Shown one piece after another: positions 54,756-64,000 of a stretch of 64,000 bases of DNA; position 1 is the first letter of the stretch; each line of letters opens with the position of its first letter. The DNA lies in contig DVKH01000012.1 in assembly GCA_018716105.1 (NCBI GenBank), positions 1,225-65,224 of the forward strand. The letters run 5' to 3'. The notes under the pieces are model-generated. The model saw only the letters and a program-made list of their open reading frames with translations, was not told the origin of the DNA and ran no database searches. Both the position numbers and the translations under genes were made by a program. The stretch is from Candidatus Fimivivens faecavium. GTDB lineage: Bacteria > Bacillota > Clostridia > Oscillospirales > Ruminococcaceae.

Positions 54756-55486
54756 ACGCCCCCGGCCCTCCTTTCCCGTTCCCTGTGGAACTCGATTTCG
54801 CTTCCGTCCTCCGACACGGTTACCCTGCCGCCCTTGATCAGCTCCAGGAGCGCGAGAAAAGTCGCCACCAGCTCGCTCCGGCCCTTCTGGTCGGAAAACG
54901 CTTCGTCAAAACCGATGCGCGGCGTGCGGTAGAACCTGCGGAGCAGATGGATGATCCTCGAACTGACCGAGACCACCCTTTTTGAAACGATACCGGAAAA
55001 CGCCTCCCTGGGCGCAGGCTGTCTGCGGACCGCCTTCACCGAAAGGCCCCTGAGCGCCTCGGGCAGGACCGACGCCGGATGGGTCAGCATATAGGTCGGG
55101 TCGGAACCAATTTCAATTGGTTCCCGGACGAACACCCTGTTTTCGTCCGCCATCCGGTAGAGCTTTGCCGCCAGCGCCCGGCAGACCTGATACTCCATCA
55201 GCTCCCCCGCGAGCTCGGTTTTGAGCTCGTCCGCTTCCTCCTCATGGCGCGGCAGCAGCATCACCGTCTTGATGTGGACAAGCCGTGCGGCCATCTCGAG
55301 GAATTCGCTCTGCACCTCAAGGTCCTTGTCCTCCCGCCCGTCGAGGAAGGCGAGATACTGGGCCAGCAGTTCGGAAATCTCGATGTCGAGAATGTTCAGT
55401 TTGTGTTTCGCGATCAGATGCAGCAGGAGGTCGAGCGGCCCCTCAAAATCCGAGAGGCGGAACGAGAGCGGGGCCGAAGCGGGCAT
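54752..55486 (-). CDS. scpA: segregation and condensation protein A
   Basis: FEGPLDLLLHLI.KHKLNILDI.I..L..QYL. Confidence 0.9.
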   Translation of the reverse strand: MPASAPLSFRLSDFEGPLDLLLHLIAKHKLNILDIEISELLAQYLAFLDGREDKDLEVQSEFLEMAARLVHIKTVMLLPRHEEEADELKTELAGELMEYQVCRALAAKLYRMADENRVFVREPIEIGSDPTYMLTHPASVLPEALRGLSVKAVRRQPAPREAFSGIVSKRVVSVSSRIIHLLRRFYRTPRIGFDEAFSDQKGRSELVATFLALLELIKGGRVTVSEDGSEIEFHRERERRAGGV

Positions 55487-55528
55487 TTGATGAGTTCCTT
55501 TCCGTTTGCTGTGTGTTCCAGGCCGGAT

Positions 55529-56191
55529 TCATAGGAGCATTCGGAACGGGATGTCGATAAAGCCGGTCAGGAACGAGAGGATGCGATACAGGAAATTGGT
55601 CAGAAAATAGATCGGCGCGTCGAACAGGCCCATCCAGACCAGAATCAGAATCGGGAGCACCAGCATCTGCTCATAGCCCTGAATCTGCCAGACGATCCTC
55701 GGGGGCAGAAGGACCGACGCGATCCGCCAGCCGTCAAGCGGCGGCAGCGGCAGAAGGTTAAAGACTGCCAGCGACAGGTTGACCGAAACCATCATCCACA
55801 GCACCTGGAGGATGCCTGAAAACATCCAGTCCGGCCCCGGGGTGACGATTGCAAATCCACGCAGGACTTTATAAACAATGAGGCAGACGCCCGCAAGGCC
55901 GACGTTCGCCAGCGGGCCAGCGAGCGCGGTCACGACGGTTCCGCCCCTCCTGTTCCGGAAGTTATTCGGGTTAAAGGGAACCGCCTTCGCCCAGCCGAAG
56001 CCGACCAGCAAAATCATCAGCGCGCCGACCGGGTCGATGTGATCGAACGGGTTCATCGACACCCGCCGGTTGTAGCGCGCGGTATCGTCGCCCATTTTTT
56101 CCGCTGCAAAAGCGTGAGCCGCCTCGTGGATCGGAAGGCAGGTCAGAATGACGATCAGCCTCGCGATGATGTCGGTTACGCCTGGAAACAT
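55529..56191 (-). CDS. site-2 protease (peptidase M50) family membrane protein
   Basis: HEAAHAF HExxH in a TM segment, ...NLLPLPPLDG. Confidence 0.8.
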   Translation of the reverse strand: MFPGVTDIIARLIVILTCLPIHEAAHAFAAEKMGDDTARYNRRVSMNPFDHIDPVGALMILLVGFGWAKAVPFNPNNFRNRRGGTVVTALAGPLANVGLAGVCLIVYKVLRGFAIVTPGPDWMFSGILQVLWMMVSVNLSLAVFNLLPLPPLDGWRIASVLLPPRIVWQIQGYEQMLVLPILILVWMGLFDAPIYFLTNFLYRILSFLTGFIDIPFRMLL

Positions 56192-56379
56192 AAATTTTCT
56201 CCGTCAGCCGCCGCCGTGCGGCATACATAAAACGTCCCTCTCCGGCAAAATTAAGAGGGCGGCAGGATTTCCCGGATTTTCCTCAGGATTCCATCAAATA
56301 ATTATATCTGTATTATTGGTAAAAAGCAACCGGCGGTAAGCGCCGGCATGGAATTTGTGTTCAAATTTCAAAAAAATCC

Positions 56380-56408
56380 TTGCTTTTCCGGCAAAAGTCT
56401 GATAGTAT
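56380..56408 (+). promoter_or_regulatory. promoter TTGCTT-17-TAGTAT for rpmB
   Basis: Hexamers at 56380-56385 and 56403-56408. Confidence 0.4.
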
Positions 56409-56453
56409 ACTACTGTTACACAGATTAGAGACCCCATAAGGAGGTGCAGTGAA

Positions 56454-56642
56454 ATGGCAAAATGCGATATCTGCGGAAAAGGCGTTTCGTTCGGGATCAA
56501 GGTCTCCCATTCCCACCGGAGATCGAACCGTACCTGGAAGCCCAACGTCATGCGCGTCAAGGCGCTCGTGAACGGAACACCGTGTCACATTCACGCCTGC
56601 ACCCGTTGCTTACGCTCGGGTAAGGTCACCAGAGCGATATAA
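56454..56642 (+). CDS. rpmB: 50S ribosomal protein L28
   Basis: MAKCDICGKGVSFGIKVSHSHRRSNRTWKPNV. Confidence 0.9.
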   Translation: MAKCDICGKGVSFGIKVSHSHRRSNRTWKPNVMRVKALVNGTPCHIHACTRCLRSGKVTRAI

Positions 56643-56660
56643 TCTCGGGGAAATCATAGA

Positions 56661-56697
56661 GCCGGAAGGGGAGCGCCTCTTCCGGCTTATTTTCTTT
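56661..56697 (+). terminator. terminator after rpmB
   Basis: GCCGGAAG...CTTCCGGC + TTATTTTCTTTT. Confidence 0.6.
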
Positions 56698-56716
56698 TGA
56701 AAGCGAGGATGAAGCC

Positions 56717-56977
56717 ATGCCGTTCCCCTGCCCGTGCTGCGGTTTTCTCACCCTGCCCGCCCCCGCCCAGGATGCCGCCGCATTTATTTGTCCCGTCTGC
56801 TTCTGGGAAAACGACGTATTCACAGCGTCCGGCGATGAGCCGAGCGACGAGAACCGCGGCCTTTCGCTGCTCGAGGGCCGGGCCAATTTTCAGGCGTTCG
56901 GCGCCTGCTGCCGCGAGATGCTCCCCCATGTCCGCCCGCCGCGCCCGGAGGAGCGGCGCGAAAGCGGCGGCCCTTGA
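56717..56977 (+). CDS. CPCC-family cysteine-rich protein
   Basis: MPFPCPCCGFLTL...ICPVCFWEND. Confidence 0.6.
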   Translation: MPFPCPCCGFLTLPAPAQDAAAFICPVCFWENDVFTASGDEPSDENRGLSLLEGRANFQAFGACCREMLPHVRPPRPEERRESGGP

Positions 56978-57098
56978 TAAAAGGTCCGTCCGAATCGCGG
57001 TTCCTTTCCCGCCTCAAGCCCCGATCACATGCCGGCCCCTTTTTCGGCCGGCCGTCCAAACAAGGCCCGCGGATCATTCACCCGCGGGCCTTGTTCCG

Positions 57099-58124
57099 TC
57101 AGCTGCCCGACCGGCCCATCTTGAGCCAGCCCACCTCTGTCTCATGCTTGAGCGGGCGTTCCAAAAGCGCGGAAACAACCTGCTTTACCGTTGTCCGCCC
57201 CTTGATCAGAAGATAGGCCTGGGTGGTGATCGGCATCTCGACCCCCGCCTTTTGGCTCAGCTCATACGCGCATTCGGTCGCGACGATGCCCTCGACCGTC
57301 ATCCCGACCTTCTCGACCGCCTCTGCGACCGAAAGCCCCTCTCCGACATAGATGCCGCAGCGCCGGTTCCTCGAGTGCATCGAACAGCAGGTCACAATCA
57401 GGTCGCCGACCCCGGAAAGGCCCATAAAGGTCTCGGGCCGCGCGCCCATCGCGACGCCGAGCCGCGCGATCTCGGTGATGCCGCGGGTCATCAGGGCGGC
57501 TTTGGTGTTGTCGCCGAAGCCCATGCCATCGATGATCCCGGCGGCAAACGCGATGATGTTCTTAAGCGCCCCGCCGAGTTCCACCCCGATCACATCGTCG
57601 CTGGTGTAAATCCGGACATGGGTGTTCGCGGTCAGGTCCTGCACCTTTTGCGCGGCCTTCTGGTCCGCGCTTGCCGCGACGACCGCGGTCGGGACGCCGC
57701 GGGTCAGCTCCTCCGCGTGGGACGGGCCGGAGAGCGCGACCACCGGATGGCCCGGGAGCTCCTCCCCGATCACCTCGTCCAACCGGAGCAGCGACCCCGG
57801 CTCGAGGCCCTTCGCCGCGCAGCAGAGCGCCGCGCCCTCTTTCAGCCTTCCCGCGCACATCTTCGCGGCGGCCCGGATGCCGACGGTCGGCGTCGCGAAA
57901 AACACCACTTCGGCCTCTTCGATGCCGTCGATATCGTCGACAATCCCGACTTCATCCGGGATCTTCACGCCCTTTAACAGCTCGGTATTCTCCCGTTTTT
58001 TTCTCAGCTCCTCCTGGAACCAGCCCTGCCAGCCCCAGAGCCGAACCGAATGGCCCGCGCCGGAGAGCATGACGGCCAGCGCCGTCCCAAAGCCGCCGGA
58101 TCCAAGCACAAACAGATTTGCCAT
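57099..58124 (-). CDS. gpsA: NAD(P)H-dependent glycerol-3-phosphate dehydrogenase
   Basis: VLGSGGFGTALA...GALKNIIA... Confidence 0.9.
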   Translation of the reverse strand: MANLFVLGSGGFGTALAVMLSGAGHSVRLWGWQGWFQEELRKKRENTELLKGVKIPDEVGIVDDIDGIEEAEVVFFATPTVGIRAAAKMCAGRLKEGAALCCAAKGLEPGSLLRLDEVIGEELPGHPVVALSGPSHAEELTRGVPTAVVAASADQKAAQKVQDLTANTHVRIYTSDDVIGVELGGALKNIIAFAAGIIDGMGFGDNTKAALMTRGITEIARLGVAMGARPETFMGLSGVGDLIVTCCSMHSRNRRCGIYVGEGLSVAEAVEKVGMTVEGIVATECAYELSQKAGVEMPITTQAYLLIKGRTTVKQVVSALLERPLKHETEVGWLKMGRSGS

Positions 58125-58154
58125 ACCCTTCGCCCTTCTTTCGATTTGACCGGA

Positions 58155-58787
58155 TCAGGTCCCCGGTTTTTTCCTTGAAAACTTCCGCTCGGTCCCGTTT
58201 AAAAGCCGTTTGATGTTCTCCCGGTGGTTAAAGACGATGATCGCGCCAAGCAGAAAGGCCATCGCCATCTCCACCGGATCGACCGCCCCCTGCAGCCAGC
58301 GACGCCCAAGCAGCACGAACGCAAACGAACCCGCCCCCAGAACCGAGGCGAGGGAAACATATCCCGTGATCGGCGCGATCGGGATAAAGATCACCGCGAC
58401 GATCAAAAACGACGCCGGATCGAGCGCCGCGAGCAGGCCGAGGCCGGTCGCGACCCCTTTCCCGCCCTTAAAGCCGAAATACAGCGGGAACATATGCCCG
58501 AGCAGCGCCCCCAGCGCGCCGAACAGCCCGCCATAAACCGCAAGAGCCGCCCCTGCGACCATCCTCCCCAAAACCACCGCCAGCGTCCCCTTGAGGAAGT
58601 CCCCGATAAAGGTCATCGCCGCCGGGAGCTTCCCATAGGTCCGGAGCATATTGGTCATGCCCGCGTTCCCGCTCCCGTGGCTGCGCACGTCGTCGCCGCG
58701 AAGGCGCGAGAGTATGATCGAAAAGTTCAGGCTGCCGAGGAGATACCCAAACAGCGCAATCATCGCCAAAACCGGCGCAGCTTCCAT
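58155..58787 (-). CDS. plsY: glycerol-3-phosphate acyltransferase PlsY
   Basis: ...YLLGSLNFSI...HGSGNAGMTN...FKGGKGVAT. The start is 58787 or 58811. Confidence 0.85.
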   Translation of the reverse strand: MEAAPVLAMIALFGYLLGSLNFSIILSRLRGDDVRSHGSGNAGMTNMLRTYGKLPAAMTFIGDFLKGTLAVVLGRMVAGAALAVYGGLFGALGALLGHMFPLYFGFKGGKGVATGLGLLAALDPASFLIVAVIFIPIAPITGYVSLASVLGAGSFAFVLLGRRWLQGAVDPVEMAMAFLLGAIIVFNHRENIKRLLNGTERKFSRKKPGT

Positions 58788-58949
58788 CGTCAACGCGCAT
58801 CCCTCTCCCATATAGAAGATTTGGCCCTATTCTACCGTATCGCACCCCGTTTTTCAAGCGCAAAGCCTGTCGGAACGCACAATCCCCCACAGAATGGGCC
58901 GATCCCGCCAAAAAGCCGGCCCCGAAAAACCGGAGCCGGCTGCGGATCA

Positions 58950-59396
58950 TCAACTGTTCGTTTCCTGTTTTCCGCCGTCCGCTTTAATCAGCGCAAACGA
59001 AAAATCCGCGCTGACGCAGAGCTTTCCGCCCACGCTCCCTTTCCCGCTCGCGAAATAGAACGGCGCTTTCGAACGGGTGATGGCGCACTCGATTTCGAGG
59101 GTGTCCCCGGGTTTTACCTGCCCTTTGAACCGCACCTTGTCGAGGCCGGTGAAAAACGGCGTCAACCCCTCGGATTCGGCCGAAAACAGCACGCAGCAGG
59201 TCTGGGCCAGCATCTCGCAGAGCATCACCCCCGGCACAACCGGGTTACCCGGAAAATGCCCCTGTAAAAACCACTCGTCCCCCTTGATATGAACGCGCCC
59301 GACGGCGCGCTCCGGTTCGGTCCGCTCCGCTTCGTCGATCAAAAGCATCGGCTCCCGGTGCGGCAGAAGGGTCCTGAGCGTCTCCCGATTCATCAT
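58950..59396 (-). CDS. fabZ: 3-hydroxyacyl-ACP dehydratase
   Basis: LPHREPMLLID...HFPGNPVVPGVM..E..AQ. Confidence 0.9.
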   Translation of the reverse strand: MMNRETLRTLLPHREPMLLIDEAERTEPERAVGRVHIKGDEWFLQGHFPGNPVVPGVMLCEMLAQTCCVLFSAESEGLTPFFTGLDKVRFKGQVKPGDTLEIECAITRSKAPFYFASGKGSVGGKLCVSADFSFALIKADGGKQETNS

Positions 59397-59413
59397 TTCC
59401 GTTCCCCTCCCCG

Positions 59414-60640
59414 TCAGACCTTCCGGAACGCAAGGCAGGCGTTGTGCCCGCCGAAGCCGAGCGAGTTCGAAACCGCGAGGTCGAGCTCCGCTCCGCGCGC
59501 TTTGCCCGGCACATAATCGAGGTCGCAGTCCGGGTCAGCCTCTTCGAGTCCGGCCGTCGGCGGAACCAGGCTGTTTTTGAGCGCGAGAACCGCCGCCACC
59601 GCCTCGACCGCGCCCGCGGCCCCAAGCATATGACCGGTCATCGACTTGGTCGAGGAGATCAGGAGCCGTTTCGCCTCCTCCTCGCCGAACGCTTTTTTGA
59701 GCGCAAGGGTTTCGGATTTGTCGTTGAGCGGCGTGGAGGTGCCGTGGGCGTTGACATAAACCCGCTCGCCCTCCCGGTATCCCGCCATGCCGAGCGCCAT
59801 ACGGATCGCCCGAGAGGCGCCCTCCGCCTCCGGGTCGGGCGCGGTGATATGATGCGCGTCGCAGGTGTGGCCGTATCCAGCCAGCTCCGCATAGATTTTC
59901 GCTCCGCGGCGCACGGCGTGCTCATACTCCTCGAGGACGACGCAGCCCGCGCCTTCTCCCATGACAAAGCCGTCCCGCCGCCGGTCGAACGGAATCGAAG
60001 CGCTCTTCGGGTCCTCCCTGGCAGTGAGCGCCATACAGCTCGTAAAGCCCGCCACCGCGAGGCCGTTGATCGGCGCCTCAGCCCCGCCGGCAATCATCGC
60101 GTCGGCATAACCGCCCTGGATGGCGCGGTACGCTTCGCCGATCGCATTCGATCCGGTCGCGCAGGCCGTCACCACCGGGAGGCAGGGACCCTTTGCGTTG
60201 TAGCGGATTGCAATCGAGCCGGCCGCAAGATTCGATATCATCATGGTGATCAGAAACGGCGAAATGCGCGATGGGCCGCTTTTAAGCATTTTTTCATGCT
60301 CTTTGAGCATCGTCCCGATCCCTCCGATGCCGGAACCGAAATAGACCCCGAGCCGCTCGGGATCGTAATCCCGCAGGCCCGCGTCTTCCATCGCCTGCAC
60401 GGCGCTGGCGATCGCGTACTGCGCATAGAGATCGTTGCGCTTCTGCTCGAGCTTTTCCAGATAAGGCGAGGGATCAAAGCCCTTCACCTCGGCCGCGACT
60501 TTCACTTTAAAATCCGTCGGATCAAACCGCGAAATCGGCGCGACGCCGCAGACTCCCGCGGAGATGCCGTTCCAAAATTCCTCCACGGTGTTCCCTACCG
60601 GAGTTACCGCGCCGAGGCCGGTGACCACTACTCGTCTCAT
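59414..60640 (-). CDS. fabF: beta-ketoacyl-ACP synthase II
   Basis: RRVVVTGLGAVTP...ACATGS...HGTSTP.ND..E...NSLGFGGHN. Confidence 0.9.
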   Translation of the reverse strand: MRRVVVTGLGAVTPVGNTVEEFWNGISAGVCGVAPISRFDPTDFKVKVAAEVKGFDPSPYLEKLEQKRNDLYAQYAIASAVQAMEDAGLRDYDPERLGVYFGSGIGGIGTMLKEHEKMLKSGPSRISPFLITMMISNLAAGSIAIRYNAKGPCLPVVTACATGSNAIGEAYRAIQGGYADAMIAGGAEAPINGLAVAGFTSCMALTAREDPKSASIPFDRRRDGFVMGEGAGCVVLEEYEHAVRRGAKIYAELAGYGHTCDAHHITAPDPEAEGASRAIRMALGMAGYREGERVYVNAHGTSTPLNDKSETLALKKAFGEEEAKRLLISSTKSMTGHMLGAAGAVEAVAAVLALKNSLVPPTAGLEEADPDCDLDYVPGKARGAELDLAVSNSLGFGGHNACLAFRKV

Positions 60641-60774
60641 GCCTGTTCTCCTTTGCAATCATACTATCCTATCGGAAACATGCGGCCGGCGTCGTCAGAA
60701 CCCCGCGCTGAAACAGCCCGGGGGGCGGAGCGAAAAACGGCGCGGCTTTTTGCTCCGCCCCCCCCGGACGCCTT

Positions 60775-61878
60775 TCAGGCGAAATCCTGCTGGACGCCGG
60801 CCGCTGCACAGAATTCTTCGCGAAGGGTCGAAAACAGCTCTTTGACGGTGGTGATCCGGTCAATCCGCCAGCCGTTCTCCCCGACAAACGCAAAGCCGTG
60901 TTCCATCCGTCCCCTGCAGGCGTTTAAGAGAGCGACCGAAATGCAGTAGGGCGCGCTCTCCCCCTTGCAGGTGCTGATGCAGTGAAACGGGCAGGCCTTC
61001 GGGTGCTTTTCGCCGTTCGCCGCGGCCTTTAGAAAAGCGTCGGTGATCGCGCGGCCCGGCATCCCGACCGGGCTTTTGATGATCCCGATGTCCTCTTTCC
61101 GGCACTGGACATAAGCCTCCTTGAAGGCGTCGCTCGCGTCGCATTCCTCGGTCGCGACAAACCGTGTCGCCATCTGAACAGCCGACGCGCCGAGCGAGAG
61201 GATCCGATGGATGTCGCCGCCGGTAAAAACGCCGCCGCCTGCGATCACCGGGACGGGCTTTCCGCCCGCCTCCTCAAGGCGCCTGGCTTCCTCGAGGACG
61301 TCCGGAAGAAGCGCCTCGAGCTGAAACTGGGGCTGATCGAGTTCGCTCTCCTTAAAACCGAGGTGCCCGCCGGCCTTAGGACCCTCGAGCACAAAGCCGT
61401 CGGGGGTGTAGCTGTATTTTTCCCGCCACCATTTGGCGATAATCCGGGCGGTGCGCCTGCCGGAGACAATCGGGACCAGCGCGGTCCTGCACCCTTCCTT
61501 CCGATAGGACGGAAGGTCGAGCGGAAGCCCAGCCCCCGAAAAGATCACGTCGATCCCCTCTTCGATCGAGGTCCGGACCAGCTCGGCAAAATCGGTCAGC
61601 GCAACCATGATGTTGACGCCGAGAACCCCTCTGGTCATCGCGCGGGCCTTGCGGATCTCGTCTCGGAGCGCTTCGGCGTTCGCCTTTGCGTAGTTGGGCG
61701 CGCCCGGTTTTTTGAGCATGCCGATGCCCGCGGCGGAAATCACGCCGACGCCGCCTTCGTTCGCCACCGCTGAAGCGAGCCGGGAAAGCGAAATTCCAAC
61801 CCCCATTCCGCCCTGGACAATCGGGGCGGAAAGCGCTTTCCCTCCAAGAGAAAAGGGATTCCAGGTAAATTGGTTCAT
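60775..61878 (-). CDS. nitronate monooxygenase/FabK-like FMN oxidoreductase with a Cys-rich C-terminal extension
   Basis: PIVQGGMGVGIS...GVNIMV...AGGHLG...VIAGGGV, then ...CPFHCISTCKGESAPYCI... Confidence 0.75.
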   Translation of the reverse strand: MNQFTWNPFSLGGKALSAPIVQGGMGVGISLSRLASAVANEGGVGVISAAGIGMLKKPGAPNYAKANAEALRDEIRKARAMTRGVLGVNIMVALTDFAELVRTSIEEGIDVIFSGAGLPLDLPSYRKEGCRTALVPIVSGRRTARIIAKWWREKYSYTPDGFVLEGPKAGGHLGFKESELDQPQFQLEALLPDVLEEARRLEEAGGKPVPVIAGGGVFTGGDIHRILSLGASAVQMATRFVATEECDASDAFKEAYVQCRKEDIGIIKSPVGMPGRAITDAFLKAAANGEKHPKACPFHCISTCKGESAPYCISVALLNACRGRMEHGFAFVGENGWRIDRITTVKELFSTLREEFCAAAGVQQDFA

Positions 61879-61924
61879 AACGCCTCCAAAAATGCGATTT
61901 ACTCGGTTGCCGCCGGCCCCCTGC

Positions 61925-62668
61925 TCACATGCAAAGGCCGCCGTCCACCCGGATAACCTCACCGGTAATGTAGGAGGCCGCGTCGCTCGCGAGAAACACA
62001 CAGAGCGCCGCAACCTCTTCCGGGGCGCCCATCCGCTTCATCGGGATCGCGCCCACGGCCGCCTCCCGCGTTTTTTCCGGGAGCGCTGCAGTCATATCGG
62101 TTTCGATAAAGCCAGGCGCAACGGCGTTGCAGGTGATCCCGCGCGCGGCCAGCTCCTTTGCGACCGATTTGGTCAGGCCGATCAGCCCCGCCTTCGCGGC
62201 GGCGTAGTTCGCCTGTCCCGCGTTCCCCGCAAGGCCCGAAACCGAGGTGATGTTGAGAATCCTTCCGGAACGCTTTTTCATCATCGGCGAATAGAACTGC
62301 CGGATCAGATGAAACGCCCCTTTGAGGTTGGTGTCAAGGACGGCGTCGTAATCGGCCTCTTTCATCGAAAGCACCAGGCCGTCCCGCACAACCCCCGCGT
62401 TGTTCACAAGGATATCGAGCTTTCCAAACGCCTCAAGCACTTTGGCCGAGGCCTCTTTGACCGCGGCCTCGTCGGAGACGTCGCAGCGCAGCGCGAGGCA
62501 CCGCCGGCCGAGCGCCGTGATCTCGCTCTCGGCCGCCCGGGCCGCGTCTTCGTTCCCAGCGTAAAAAAAGGCGACGTCCGCCCCGTTTTTCGCAAATTCC
62601 ACGGAAATCGCGCGCCCGATGCCGCGGCTCCCGCCGGTCACCAGCGCGGCTTTCTGTTCTAACAGCAT
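61925..62668 (-). CDS. fabG: 3-oxoacyl-ACP reductase
   Basis: ALVTGGSRGIGRA...NNAG...YAAAKAG. Confidence 0.9.
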   Translation of the reverse strand: MLLEQKAALVTGGSRGIGRAISVEFAKNGADVAFFYAGNEDAARAAESEITALGRRCLALRCDVSDEAAVKEASAKVLEAFGKLDILVNNAGVVRDGLVLSMKEADYDAVLDTNLKGAFHLIRQFYSPMMKKRSGRILNITSVSGLAGNAGQANYAAAKAGLIGLTKSVAKELAARGITCNAVAPGFIETDMTAALPEKTREAAVGAIPMKRMGAPEEVAALCVFLASDAASYITGEVIRVDGGLCM

Positions 62669-62691
62669 TCTGTACCCTCCGTTGCCGCGGG

Positions 62692-63615
62692 TTACGCCCC
62701 GAGCGCCGCGGCCGCCGCTTCCAGCGACGCGGCGTCTTCGACGTTATAAATCTCCGCGCCGGGAAGCGTCTTTTTCACAAAGCTAGACAGTGTTTTCCCG
62801 ACCCCAACCTCGACGAACGCCTCGATCCCGTCGGCCGCCATCCGCTCGAGCGTTTTCTGCCACAGGACGGGGCGGACCGCCTGCTTCGCGATCAGGGTTT
62901 TCATGTCCTCGTCCGCTTCGCCAAAGGGCGCGGCGGTCGAGTTCGCATAGACCGGCAGTTCCGGCTGGCGGAGCGCATATCCCCGAAGCGCCGCTTCAAG
63001 CCCTTCTGCCGCCGGGAGCATAAACGGCGAATGAAATCCCCCGCTCACCGGGAGGATCATCGCCCTTCCGCCCGCCTTTTTGACCGCCTCGGCGAAGGCG
63101 GGAAGCGTCTCCCGCTTCGCCGCGACAGCCACTTGGCCCGGGCAGTTGAAGTTGATGGGATAAACCTCCGGGAACCCGGAGCAGAGTTCGATCACCAAAT
63201 CATTCGAAAGCTTGACCACCGCCGCCATGCCGCTCCCGCTTGCCTCTGACGCCTCGTGCATCAGCTCCGCGCGCCTGAGGACCAGCCGGAAACCGTCCCC
63301 GTCCTCAAACGCGCCCGAAAACTGGAGCGCCGCAATTTCGCCGAGCGAAAAGCCCGCCGCCGCGGCTGGGCGGATCCCCCGCTCGCGCAGGGCCTCTCCC
63401 GCCGCGAGATCGACGCAGTAGAGGCAGGGCTGGGTATTGAGCGTCACTGAAAGCTCTTCTTTTGTCCCATCAAAGCACTGGGCGCTGGTGCCGGGCCGGA
63501 TCTCGTCGGCCATGTCGAACACCCGCCGCGCCGCGGCGCTCGCCTCACAAAGGCTTTTTCCCATGCCGGGGGCCTGCGCCCCCTGCCCGGAAAACAAAAA
63601 CGCGATTTTTTTCAT
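62692..63615 (-). CDS. fabD: ACP S-malonyltransferase
   Basis: FLFSGQGAQ..GMG...GFSLGE. Start trimmed to MKKIAFLF. Confidence 0.9.
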   Translation of the reverse strand: MKKIAFLFSGQGAQAPGMGKSLCEASAAARRVFDMADEIRPGTSAQCFDGTKEELSVTLNTQPCLYCVDLAAGEALRERGIRPAAAAGFSLGEIAALQFSGAFEDGDGFRLVLRRAELMHEASEASGSGMAAVVKLSNDLVIELCSGFPEVYPINFNCPGQVAVAAKRETLPAFAEAVKKAGGRAMILPVSGGFHSPFMLPAAEGLEAALRGYALRQPELPVYANSTAAPFGEADEDMKTLIAKQAVRPVLWQKTLERMAADGIEAFVEVGVGKTLSSFVKKTLPGAEIYNVEDAASLEAAAAALGA

Positions 63616-64000
63616 CGGTTCGCGCCCTCCAAAAGACGCTCCGCCTCCCCCATCATCTCGGCGATGATTTCGGCGCAGGTCTGCTCGCGACGGACCAATC
63701 CGGCGGACTGTCCCGCCATGAAGCAGCCGTTCTCCGCGTCGCCTTCCTTCGCCGCACGGCGAAGTGCCCCAACGCCTTTCGCCTCGAGTTCCTCGTCCGG
63801 CGTGGCGCCATCGTATTCCATTTTGAACAGCTCCCGTGAAAACGGGTTTTTGAGGCACCGGACCGGATGGCCGAGTTTTTTCCCGGTCGTGATGGTGTCG
63901 ATGTCCTTCGCCTTGAGGATCTTTTCCTTATAAACCGGGTGGACGGTGCACTCCTTTGCGACCAGGAAACGGGTCCCGACCTGCACGCCGCACGCGCCGA
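63612..64000 (-). CDS. fabK: enoyl-ACP reductase FabK (nitronate monooxygenase family), C-terminal part; gene runs off the right edge
   Basis: ...VQVGTRFLVAKECTVHPVYKEKILKAKDIDT..TG...GHPVRCLKN. Overlaps the fabD start. Confidence 0.75.
   Translation of the reverse strand, partial: GACGVQVGTRFLVAKECTVHPVYKEKILKAKDIDTITTGKKLGHPVRCLKNPFSRELFKMEYDGATPDEELEAKGVGALRRAAKEGDAENGCFMAGQSAGLVRREQTCAEIIAEMMGEAERLLEGANR

Noticed and set aside
1-64000. CRISPR arrays, rRNA and tRNA genes
   Set aside because: No regularly spaced direct repeats were seen. No rRNA-like conserved blocks or tRNA T-arm/acceptor combinations were found while reading the intergenic regions.

Overview
GC-rich chromosomal segment that looks like Firmicutes/Clostridia. 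The inference rests on gene content: sporulation genes ytfJ/ytfI, the [FeFe]-hydrogenase maturases hydEFG, prkC/stp, T-box leaders and a fabK-type fab cluster. Most of the window is housekeeping and mostly on the minus strand. In order it holds pduL, a family-4 UDG, an NhaC transporter, a T-box-controlled leuABCD operon, a hyd regulator with hydE-hydG-hydF, citDEF with a second NhaC-type transporter, a T-box-controlled ABC importer, thiN-rsgA-prkC-stp-rlmN-rsmB-fmt-def-priA-coaBC-rpoZ-gmk-remA-yicC, rluB-dacB-ytfJ-ytfI-scpB-scpA, rpmB, gpsA-plsY, and fabZ-fabF-NMO-fabG-fabD-fabK. Two parts are accessory. (1) Bases 1-5100 are lower in GC and hold the wreck of an integrative/mobilisable element: an HTH gene, a frameshifted Sel1-repeat relaxase remnant, broken tyrosine-integrase pieces and a truncated radical-SAM gene. 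One gene there is intact, an HTH + AAA-ATPase-like + PD-(D/E)XK gene behind a perfect 15-bp inverted-repeat operator. (2) Bases 20251-25004 are the most interesting object. This is a ~4.75-kb insertion with a large serine recombinase at its right end, bounded by a 7-bp direct repeat (GGAACGC). It splits a P-loop ATPase gene (PRK06851-like) in frame. Its cargo is not phage-like. It is a metal (probably iron) response module: two DtxR/MntR-family regulators, an orphan FeoA, and DUF3793 + flavodoxin. All four cargo transcription units carry TTAGC..GCTAA iron-box-like palindromes at their predicted promoters. Three other non-coding signals stand out. A promoter-carrying GC-rich structured repeat family has three copies, located in front of pduL and of a cytidylate-kinase-like gene. 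A ~195-nt leader with a strong intrinsic terminator and a duplicated 10-mer sits in front of the hyd maturation operon. There are also two T-box leaders. No CRISPR array, rRNA or tRNA gene was seen. Many long ORFs in the track are antisense artefacts of the high GC content and were not called.
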